From Leptogorgia sarmentosa (lineage: Eukaryota), in NCBI GenBank assembly GCA_964658305.1, contig OZ210885.1, positions 1,302,001-1,366,000 on the forward strand: a DNA stretch of 64,000 bases, read 5' to 3'. This document shows, piece by piece, positions 25,601 through 37,200 of the stretch. Numbering within the stretch: the first letter of the stretch is position 1; the number at the start of each line of letters is the position of its first letter. The notes under the pieces were generated by a model. The model searched no databases and was not told the origin of the DNA. It worked only from the letters and a program-made list of their open reading frames with translations. Position numbers and translations under genes: made by a program.

Positions 25601-28600
25601 ACGTCGTTAACCTGACTTGATATCGACGTCGACAAACTGACCTCGTTTCGACGTTGAATCGACGTCGTTTATCTGACCTCATATCGACGTCGACAAACTG
25701 ACCTCGTTTCGACGTTGAATCGACGTCGTTAACCTGACCTCATATCGACGTCGACAAATTGGCCTCGTTTCGACGTTGAATCGACGTCGTTAACCTGACC
25801 TCATATCGACGTCGACAAATTGACCTCGTTTCGACGTTCAATCGACGTCGTTATCCTGACTTAATATCGACGTCGAAAAATTGACCTCGTTTCGACGTTC
25901 AATCGATGTCGTTATCCTGACTTAATATCGACGTCGAAAAATTGACCTCGTTTCGACGTTCAATCGACGTCGTTATCCTGACTTAATATCGACGTCGAAA
26001 AATTGACCTCGTTTCGACGTTCAATCGACGTCGTTATCCTGACTTAATATCGACGTCGACAAATTGACCTCGTTTCGACGTTCAATCGACGTCGTTAATC
26101 TGACCTGAACATTAAAACATACTAATTAAAAATATATATATTTACGTTTTGGGCCCTATAGCTGACGTTGAATATGGATCAGCATATTTTTATACCCCAA
26201 CATACAATTGCATATCAACACTTAAGAAACTGATCTTTTGGGCAAAGTTCGTACCGACGACTACGTTTGCTATTTCAACCTTTTTCAACATGTGATTGAT
26301 CGTATTTATTAAGACATTGATAGTTTTTAAATAATTTTGAATTTTTAGGTAGGGTATTTGTATAGGAAATTACTCGGTTCGAGAAGTATTAATGAAAAAT
26401 TGCACGCGTGTTTGGACTTTGGCGAAATAGTAATACGAATAAGGTGTCGCGCATTCGGCCCAAACTCGGTTCGGGCCGTTCGGCTCGGCATACAATCGGC
26501 GATGACACGAGACTGAGGATCATGGGAAGTGTTGTCATAGACGCTCACAAACCGCGTGTATTCAAAATTTCACACAAAGGATTTCATTGCTTGTCGTTGT
26601 TCTTGTCTTTTGGGGATAATTTCCCGTTCATTTAGTTGATTTAATTCAAGACTACAGAAAAGGTTAGTATAATATGCAACTTGTTTATTTTTATTTTGTG
26701 ATATATCGCTTTATATTTCGTTCAATCAGTGTGCACTGCGATGCGCTTCGAAGTTCGAAGTGCTCGTGCTTCAAAAGTGCTGGTTCAATAAACTGAACTG
26801 GAACACTAGTGATCAGCACTATAATTCACAAAATTAATCGCTTCTACACAAAGGTCAATTCTGTATAGTATATGCTTACTATGCTACAGAAAAGTCGATT
26901 CCTAGCTCTTGCCTCGACAATGATGTGTAACGTTTGTGTATTTGATTAGTAGAGTTACATTTTACAATCCAAATCAATCTAGTAGTTTAGTTAGACTTTG
27001 TCAGCCTGGTTTCATCAGTGATATATTAAAAACCGAGTATTTCTGCGTAGGAAATTTTTTGTTATTGATTTAGGCTGGTTTTCAATTTTTTCAAATAGAA
27101 TTTCAGACAACCAACTAAGCAGACTGAGCATACAAAGAGGCAGTGGAAGCGAATTTTTTAAGAGGGGGGGGGGCTTTAAGCAAAAAATCACTAGTTAGTA
27201 GGGTCATGCATAACTCATCTGGTTTGTTAAGCAAATAATCACTAGTCAGTAGGGACATAACTCATCAGGTTTGGCAAAAGCAATTAAGCAAACTGATTTT
27301 TTTGATATCCTTTCAAAATTTGTTGACTTAAACTGGCTACAGTAGATCGAGACTATAAACCTGAACTAGAATGCCATTGCTATGCTAATTCCATACTGGC
27401 TGGCACACATATTGTGTTGAAGATGACAATTGAGAATTACTTGCTTTCGATTAACAAAGCCATCAAAAAGATAACTGCTTAGTTATGTAGAGGGATATAC
27501 TGTAGCTACATTAGAGAGACAGGCTTAATTAATTGATATTTTTCACTTATTAGAGCACCGAAAGTGATGTTTATAAAGCAATGGGACAGATTTTAAAGTA
27601 TGCTCCGGACAGGAAAGGGGGGAGTAGAAAGTCTATCTATAATCGATCATTATGGGACATTTTTCATAATAAACATATAGTCCATACACAAGATTGATAA
27701 CTGTAACTGCAGAAGAATACAAAATTTGCCAGGATTCTACATTTCACAGCCAATCTTGGCAATTTTACCAAACTTGTAAGATGTTCTTTCAAATAATATC
27801 GTGGTAACAAATTAATTAACGTATAGCTAGTTGATAATAAATTAGTGCAGATAGTATAATATATATAGGTCCAAATTGGAATCGCTTAATTACAGTTCGG
27901 TGTTTGTAAATAATCAAGTGTATTAAAGTATATAATATGTAATATGTAAGATACTGACTGAGTTCGAAAATAAATATATCATCAAAACAAATTGCAACAG
28001 AAAATTTATTAATTTTGATCAATTTGCAACTTCGTCGCATTTTCCAACGTACTATCGACGTCGAAAAGTCAACGTTGAATCGACGTCGAAACATCAACGT
28101 TGAATCGACGTCGAAAGTCTAACGTCGATTCGATTTGCGTTTTCGACCTGTTTTTCGACGTCGTATCGACGTCGAAAAGTCAACGTTGAATCGACGTCGA
28201 AAGTTCAACGTTGAATCGACGTCGAAAAGTTAACGTTGAATCGACGTCGAAACGTCAACGTTGAATCGACGTCGAAAGTCTAACGTCGATTCGATTTGCG
28301 TTTTCGACCTGTTTTTCGACGTCGTTTCGACGTCAGGTAGTAACGTCGATTCGACGTTGAATCGACGTCGGTGTGCTTACTGGGGTAAATTTTGTTTCAT
28401 AGAAACAACATTTAAACCAAATTTATCGTATTTTAATAAATACGAGACTGTCGCTAACTATGTGTGAAGTTTCAGCACAAAATGTTGAAACTTCGCCAAG
28501 AGAACACGCGATGAAAAAATGCATATTTTCGGCGAGTGTTTACATGGAAAAATTTTGCAAATTAATTCAAATTTTCAACACTTATGAATTAACTAAGTGA

Positions 28601-30554
28601 CAAACAATTGGTTACAAGCGAAAAATCTTTTATGTTTTGATAACAAATAATCGACAAAAACGATTATTTTGCCACCCAAAAATGTCGGATTTTAAGGCCT
28701 TGTGGCATGGCGTGAGAAAGGCTAAAAAAGAAAGTTCATGTTCTCTTAATGGTCTAGCGGCAGTTGTAGTGAAAGTCAAATCTGAACGTCGCTGTGAATG
28801 AGAGGTTAAACATATGCCCCTTTCTTATGGATTGTTTGTCCAAAGTCCATGCTGATGAGATGCTGTGAACACGTACAGTATCCAGCCGTCCTGAAAATTA
28901 TATATTTACTGGTTCTTTGCTTTTTAACAGTGTGGATTTTGAGAGATGTATAGAATATGCTACTGGTTCTAAAAGAATAAAAGTTTTAGAAGAAATACAT
29001 CGAGATAAAATGGTAATTAATGCTTTAAGGCATAGTAGCACTTTTTATAATGTACTTTCAACCTTGCGGAAACGTAATTTATTAGGTAAAAAATAAAAAT
29101 TAAGTGTGTAAATACGACTAATCTCTGCAGTTTTGAGGCCGCCATCTTGGGCCAGTATGGGCATGTTTGTATGAAGTTATCATTCCAGATTACTTAGAGT
29201 TCAATTGTACTGACCAGGGCGTCTATAAGAATGTACGGTGAAACGCCAGTGAAACAAGCTTAAACATGTGTGACGCGCTTTAGGAATGGGGCCAAGCGTG
29301 CACGGCAGGGAGTTCTCGAAATAAACAAAAAAATTTAAATTTTCAACAACCTTCATTAAGAATATTCTAACTTGGCATTTTTTGACGCGATGTCAGTTTT
29401 TGATCGTTTGTGTACTTTGAAAGAATGTTCCTATTCTTTGAGAAGACATTGTAAATATTTAATATCTTGCTATGCTTTCGAACAAAAATCTCAAAATTCA
29501 TGATTTTTTCCTAGCTGACTTTCAGAAAGTCGATCAATCATCAGCAGAAACTTCGTAGTTTGCAAGAGTTGGAGGAAGACGAATTAACAAAGGTAAGAAG
29601 AATATTCCAATTAACTACTTGCAAGCAAATCTTTTTACATGAGAGAATAAAGGCAGCTAAAGAACTACATTTCAATACCCCCGGGCAATTATATGTTTAA
29701 AACTGATGACATGAGAGCGATTTTTTTGTCCCACTGTATAGCTTGGGTCACCAGTAAAGCATTTTGTCTGTCGCGAAGATTTTTCACTCGGGAAAGGTTC
29801 TATGGGGACGTGCGTTTACCTTGGTATCTTGGAAGATGGCAGTGAAGTAGCCGTAAAGCGAATGTTGATAGCATCATGCCAAGATGCAGCAGAAAATGAG
29901 AGAAAAATCCTGAATTATATTGAAAAAGGCAAATCACCATTCATAGTGAACTATCGCCATTTTCTTAAGGATGATACCTTCCTGTATCTGATTGTTGATC
30001 TATGCGAAGAGACATTGCATCAACATGTTCATTCTAAAAATATTGAATATCTTCAAGAACACGGTCGACGAATGATCAAAGAAGTCCTTACTGGACTTAA
30101 ATTTCTACATGATGAAAGAATTTTGCATCGTGATCTCAAACCGTCAAATGTTCTCGTTGATGTGGATGGTCACATGAGATTAGCAGATTTTGGAATCAGT
30201 CGAGTTCTCAATGAAGATGAAACCACTATTCTTACAGATACCAAAGGAACGGAAGGTTGGATGGCTGCAGAAGTTATCGAGAACATGGGTAAAAAAGTTA
30301 AAGGGCGTTTCAAAAAGAAATCTGACATTCAATCTGCTGGTATGATTGCTTTTTTCATTTTAACCAAAGGTGAACATCCGTTTGGCTCCACTTTATATGA
30401 TCGCATGGCAAATATTGCGAAGGGAAATCCAGTTAACTTGAACAAACTTGATATTGATGCTCGACAGTTCGTTTCACGATTGATCAGCCGTAAAATTCAT
30501 GATAGGCCTACTGCTCAAGAGGCAATGCTACTGCCTTTTTTGAATGGTATTTAG
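22632..30554 (+). CDS. IRE1/RNase L-type Ser/Thr kinase with long tandem-repeat Ser/Pro/Thr-rich N-terminus, no KEN domain (kinase B, about 907 aa)
   Basis: GT-AG exons 22632-24336, 24509-24554, 28931-29012, 29515-29592, 29742-30554 join in frame with the same phases as kinase A; catalytic motifs intact. Confidence 0.87.
22830..23880 (+). repeat. Coding tandem repeat in kinase B exon 1
   Basis: Seven copies of tcgaatctga(a/c)aagtaatgtgct (SNLKSNVLETPS) near 22878, 23103, 23259, 23406, 23562, 23724, 23814, interleaved with VTS(Y/F)N modules; frame open throughout. Confidence 0.92.
25396..28722. mobile_element. TA-flanked MITE of about 390 bp, interrupted by the EnSpm-like element
   Basis: About 40-bp inverted termini gcctttctcacgctatgcgaccaggccttaaatccg vs reverse complement gcctttctcacgccatgccacaaggccttaaaatccg; TA on both sides; related end near 53990-54070. 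Confidence 0.75.
25452..28384. mobile_element. Non-autonomous EnSpm/CMC-like DNA transposon with CpG-rich subterminal arrays
   Basis: Termini cccagcaaacacacgacgtcg and cgacgtcggtgtgcttactggg, 2-bp TSD GT; nine 61-bp tandem units at 25552-26105; about 25-bp aacgttgaatcgacgtcgaaa units at 28050-28370; no transposase ORF. Confidence 0.8.
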
Positions 30555-30684
30555 GTCGTTAGAGCTTTAGGTCAACTATGTCGGGCCAGGGTTTTTTAGA
30601 GCATGATCATACAAGTGATAATGTAAATATATAATGTATCAACGCGTAAATACCAAGAGTTTAGTTCAATGTAGGCGATAGTTA

Positions 30685-31047
30685 ATTCGTTTAAGCGTCG
30701 CGGCGCTCTTTAAATTTTGAGAGCTTCTGATGCGGCGCTCATTCGGGGGCGGCGCTTAATCGGGGGCGGCGCTCTTTAAAAAATATTTTATTTGTGAAAT
30801 ATAATAAGAACTTTTAACAATAAAATATAAGTGTAAAAGACCTTCAAAGTACACTCACTTTAAATTATAAAGCATTGTAGCTAATACAAGAAAATAAATT
30901 TCCGAGGTTGATTTAAGTTGTTTTTTATTCGCTTCTTTAACGATTCTGACAGTGCACCGATTAAGCGCCGCATTTCAAAATTTCTAGTGCGGCGCTCATT
31001 CGTGGGCGGCGCTCAAACGGGGGCGGCGCTCAAACGAGTAAATACGG
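30685..31047. mobile_element. Left-truncated MITE with TACGG terminus (Tc1/mariner-pogo-like), present only downstream of kinase B
   Basis: Absent from the paralogous site near 17555-17610; attcgtttaagcgtcgc is inverted relative to gcggcgctcaaacgagtaaatacgg; repeated gcggcgct motifs. Confidence 0.7.
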
Positions 31048-31271
31048 CCTGGTACACGTGCAAGAAATGTGCAGCGAGTGCAATTGAAAAAAATAAATTT
31101 TAATTGTATTATTCATCTAAACATCGCTAGAAGTCGATTCACTAATTATTATTATGTTACTAATATAACGAAAATTGTTTACTGACAGCACATGCAATTT
31201 TGGGTTACACAGTTAATGATATCGTGGTTATTAATACTATACAGAAATGAACGGAAAGGTATCAGCATGAC

Positions 31272-34200
31272 TCAATGATCTTTCATAGATTGAGCTTTAT
31301 GTAGAGCATAATAAATTCCTTTCATTTCCAAAAGCTGTCGGTGAGTACCACGTTCGACCACTTTTCCCCTGCGGATCACACAGATAGCATCAGCGTGCTG
31401 GATGGTGGATAATCTGTGAGCAATGACCAATGTTGTACGTCCAATACTGGCTTTATTTAAAGCTTGTTGAACCACCTGAGCATAAAAACCAAACATTTAT
31501 TCAAGCTTTTCTACGCGGATATGAAATTTTCGCAGTAAAGGGTCTGTAGTTCCAATTAACATGTAATGTTTAAGGTAATATGCATAACACGAAGGTATAA
31601 AATTGCTATTGCGTGGTTAAATTGCAGTCTTCGATAATGCAGATATGGCCACGTTTCGAGCAAAGACCCTTCGCCGGAATTTGGTGGAAACTCAGCTTTG
31701 TTGCATGATTCGTTTAGAAGATAGACTAACAAGGAGTAAACAAAAATTTTTGTCAATTTTTTTGTTTTCGAAACATCGAATCTTATTGTATCAGGCATTT
31801 AGGCAGAGAGTAGAAACTTTCCCCTTTGTGCGGCAAGGCCAATGGTAGCTAAAATGGAATGTTTGAGCTAACATGCAATGCCAAAAATACCATGCAATGC
31901 ACATACAATGCTATTCACCTTTTCACTTTCAGTATCCAAAGCAGACGTGGCTTCATCCAGTAACAATATTTTAGGATCTCTAATCAAAGCTCGTGCAATT
32001 GCGATTCTTTGTTTTTGCCCGCCAGATATAAGAGTTCCTTTGTCACCAACCATCGTGTCGTAGCCCTGTCGGAGATTATTATAAAACAATCAGCAAATTA
32101 TATACCAATGTAGCTCGGTAAAAGCTATTTCTTCTCATGCCAAACACGATATACTAGATTCAATTCAAGTATATATAACAGTAAGGCTCGTATATTTAAT
32201 AAAAAGTGAAGCCCCATGTACTTCCCAACCAACGAAGACTTGCACAGTTCTAGCATGCACAGTATCTCAAATATAGACCTTATGTTATAATTGTGTAATG
32301 ACGTTAGTTTTTTTTGCTACATATTAACTATTACTACCAGCATGCTTTAGGGGGAACCAATAAATTTTTCAAATAATTTCAAATTTTGCTCGAATGCAGA
32401 GGCAGTTCAATTGCATTAACGGCCAAGAGTTTCGGAAATCATCACAATAAAAAACATTGACTTTGTGAGAAAAAACGGCCTTTTTAAATAGAGGAGAATC
32501 GAAAAAATAAGATAAATAAATAGTCGGTGTTTATAAAATGCTGATGATTTTTTGATCTGTTGCTGGGAATTGCAGAATTCAAACCTTTGGCAAGGATGAT
32601 ATGAACTCGTGAATATTCGCCTCTCTCGCTGCTTTTTCCACTTCTGCGTCGCTGACATTCCTTGTAGTGTCACCAAAGGCAATATTATCTCTGACTGACA
32701 AATCAAATAATACGGGCTCTTGAGAAACCAAACCTATCTGACTGCGAAGCCATTTTAAGTTTAGTTCCTTTACATCGTTTTCATCCACCATCTAAAAAGG
32801 ATTTTAATTTTAATAATAAACATCGCAATGTATGGCTCATTCCACAATCGCCACTCAAATCAATATTATAAAATTATGAAACACAAATTCTTTGGGTTCT
32901 CGTTTTGTTCTCCATAACAAACAATTATTGAACGAGGTTTGGTCGTGTAGGATATGTTGAATTATTAGGGCCGAGGTTTGTGTTATTTGCCGAAGCCTGA
33001 GTGTGTGTCGAAGTGATTATTATACCCACCAGATATGTGTCGAGTGAAATGCAAACAAAATTATACTAATTTAGTAAATATCAATCACTCGTTCAATTTT
33101 TGTGTCCAATTACAATATCCAAATGATTTTACATTAAAATGTCAGTGGTTTTGCTGATGGGTCGTGGTCATCTGTAATGCAATTATAAAGAGTATGCATG
33201 CTCAATCGCATTAGGCTCTCTAATATAATAATGTTATAATATGCATGTTTATATGTAACAACATCAATCATGTTTTAAGTTACACATCAACGTATTACCA
33301 TTATTATTATTATAACGAATACTGTATTTCTAAATAAGGATAAATATGCTGTTATCGACGTGTGTCATGTAATTACGCCCAATTCTACGGGCACCCCTAT
33401 AGCTACATGATCACATTGATCATCAAAAAATGCGACGTCAGTGGATTACTAATCCAGTGCAGTTTATGAGATCACACAACATAGGATGAAGAACGAGTAC
33501 TTACCACATAACCAGACGTTGCATCGTAGAATCTTTCCATCAATGAGACTGTCGTGCTCTTTCCACAACCACTTGTTCCGACCAAGGCGACTGTCTGGCC
33601 AGGTTTCACACTCAATTCAAGACTTCGTAAAACCTTTAAATCACGTCGTGTGCGGTACCGGAACCTGGTACCAACAAGTTTGATTTCGCCATTACATTTT
33701 GCCTAAATTTAGAAGAAAGCATTAGGGCATTAGGTTTCTCATTAGCATAACAAACAGTCATTAGTTACGAGCAGTGAAATGATTCAGAATTTTGTTTAAA
33801 CTGTCTGAAAAAAAGAAGAAAAACTTTCACAAGCAAAAGACAAAATGTCGCAATTTCTCTTCAAGATAGTTGGTCACAACATTCATAGTCAGAACACGTT
33901 CTACTTTTATGTTGCATATATATTCTTTTTAACCTATTTTCTTGCGGAATATTAATTCAGCTATTTTAAGCGAAATTCCAAAGAAACTACGATTCATTGC
34001 TTGTACTTGTGCTAGGTTTAGCGTTTTTGGCCGAAAACAGTTTGCAAATTTGTTCCGAAGTATAAATGTTGTCCTTATTGTGATATTTCTAGGTTTTCTC
34101 CGTTATGCGATATTTGGCTAAAAGTCTTTTTTCCGCAAGATTTGCCCTAAATAGAATATGTAACATGATAATAGAACGTGTTTCGGGCTCATATCCATAA

Positions 34201-37200
34201 TATAAGAATTAAAAGTTAGGCTTACATGCATATAAGAATTGAAAGTTAGGCTTATATCCATATAAGAATTGAAATTTAGGCTTATATGCATATAAGAGTC
34301 AATCCGTTGTGGTTTTGTTACCGGTTTCTTTCCTTCTTTGGAGTAAACATCAATGGGAGGAACTCTGTCCAGAATATAGAAAACCCGTTCAGCCGCTTCT
34401 TTTGCTTTCGCATAATCTGGTGTCATCGACGCGACTTGGCCAAGCATCACACAACATATCAACACAGTGATTATTGAACTAATTGAAGAGAAAGTGTCAA
34501 AAACGTGTTGTTTGGAATACAAAGCAATGTACAGTGCACCATTTTATATTTTCATGGAAACTGAGAACTTCTCAAAGATATATGCACATTTTATCTTTAA
34601 AAAAACCGTCGTTCCGGTAAATTTTATAAATCTACCAAAAATTTGGGAACAAAGTGAATCATCTCTTTTGAGGAATTTTGTGTTTTGTATCAAAAGTGAA
34701 TTTTATTTGACAACTAGTGCCAGTACTTTTGCGTGTTTTCAGATCGCCTCGATCGAATTAAAATTCTTACGTCATCATTTCTTCTATATTGACGTCATCT
34801 TCCTCCACCAGATGTCCTCCGTAACGAAAACCAGCGCCATAACTCAAGTTCATGATTCCGAAGAAAAAACCATTGGCCAGTCCAGCAAAATGGCTTGTCT
34901 TCTTTGCATGTCTGAAAATAAGAAAAAGAACTCTGGTAATCATGGAATAAAAATAGCCCATCACGAATTGCGGAATTTGTTACAGTAGAACATTCACGCA
35001 AGGAATTCTGGCACATGTATGCCGTGTATGTTTCACAAAAGATTCACTTCTGTAAAATGAGCTGCAATGTGAAATGCCGGTTCAACTCAAGAGAATTTGA
35101 AATTGAGCGTTCGTATATTTATTATGGCTTAACGCATTTTCCCGCCAGGCATCGTTTTCATGTGGTTATTTTTGCCATTCAAATACCTATAAATACAGTT
35201 TTCGAAAGTAGTATACGGTCATATTTCATATTCACAAGTCTAGGGATTAATCCTGACCCTCAAACCGACCAAAGCCCTACCCATTTTCACCAATCCTGAT
35301 GAAATAATTACTCTTTCCGGAACATTTATATAGAAAATGAGCGGTATAGGTAGGTGAGCGCGATAACGAGATTGTTTGGTCTCGGTTAATATGACTCTCA
35401 ATATGGCGTCAAATATTATTACGATACGTTGTGCGTACTTATATGGAATGACTAGTTCCTCCTTATATCTTTGGAAGAACTCCTCTTCTCTTCCCAATGA
35501 TACGACGGTTTGAATATTGGAAAATGTTTCGTCTGCCGTCTGAAAAAAGAAACAACTCATCAACGATTTGACAATAAGGATAAGTAAAAAATATGAAATA
35601 AAATTATGAGCTCGTTGTCAACTGTCAAGACAATGGGCAAACGAAAAAATTCTGTCTAAACACAACAACTAAACATAGAACTACACATTTAGTTGATAAA
35701 ATTTAGGTTCAATTATTTACAAAATGAATAGAAGTGTTTTTAAAATTTTCCTTATCCACCCTTTGATAAGCTAAACGCCTTTGATACAACCGGCCCCAGA
35801 TACCAATATCTCAAATACGGACATTTTACAGGCATTACTGGACTTTATTGGAACTATAACAAAACCAAAATTGAAAATTACGAACTTCAAGAACTTTGTA
35901 AAATGTCTGCAAAATGGGGAACTCGGTGGATCAATCTTAGATTGGCGATGCATGCTTTGCAAAAACAATTAGTCAGCAATTCACAAACCTTCGCCTCATC
36001 TGCCCTTCCCCTTCCTATTTGTTGGTTAGACTTGGCGTTGTTAGACCTTGTGTTGTTTCAGTTTACGTTGCTAATTAAACTGGCTGCATTGGGGGCATTT
36101 GCCCCGCGGCCCCAGCTCAAAACTCAAAAGCTTATTTACCGGCCGAAGAAAAACAATGTTTAAAAAAATTTCTGTTACTGTGGAGTTTCCAAATAACATA
36201 AATTCTCACTAAAAATCACAATAATATTCAGGCCAGTAACATGAATTGAAAGCCAAGAAGTTCTAGAGTCTTAAACGAGTCAAGAATTCTCTGCGTCTAC
36301 AAACAACGATAAGATCGCAAACCTCAACCTACTTATAGCATCGAACACGAAATGCTAAACTCACTGTAAATTAACATTAAAATAAATGCTATACCCTGTA
36401 TGTTCATAGTTCTTGACGATATAATGGACAAGACTTTCAATTTGATCACATATGTTTCATGTCACCGAATTTCAGCCCTTTAGTTTTTTGGTCCCCGGCC
36501 CAATGATGGGTTGATCCGGCGCTGAGCTACAAACGCCACCAGTGTAAGTATCGGATATTACCTGAAGCATACGCGGCAATTAAGGGGATTTGACGTTTCT
36601 TCGATTACTAATTCTTCAAATCTCACCGTATCGTTCAGGTGGTGAGTAGAACCCTTGCTGCTGTTTGCTAACCATGCTAGCCATTTTCTATTTTCAAAAT
36701 ATTTCCACGTTACCTTTCCACCTCTGTTTGCCGCGGAATCCTTGGTAGCGCCAAAGAATGCGTTCATAAACATTCCACATCCGACGAGTAACGGAATGAA
36801 AGCCATCATAAGCAATGCCAGTTGCCAACTTGCAGTCAAGGAAACGATTAAACCACCAATTACCGTAACAACACCAGCAATGAGCAATCCAAGTTGTGGT
36901 CCAGTCGCCTGGAAAAGCAACAAACAGAACAAATATTATAATTATACGATCCCATACTTACTGTACAGGCATAACATAATTTTAAGGGTTCTAGCATAGT
37001 CGCCCAGTAAATACGCATGCAGCAGAAGCATATTGTTAATTAATAATATGTATGTTAATTCTTTGAATTTTTGCATGGTAAAGACAATAATTATTTAATA
37101 ATAACAATATGTATACTGTGTTTGTTTAACTAAAGTCCTATGTTCGTCATTCTAATTATAGTTGGCAACCTTCTGTTAGGCCTACTCTAGGGTCCAAGAT

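Noticed and set aside
25552..26105. CRISPR-like look of the 61-bp palindromic array
   Set aside because: No unique spacers, no cas genes, eukaryotic context; it is the subterminal repeat of a TIR element.
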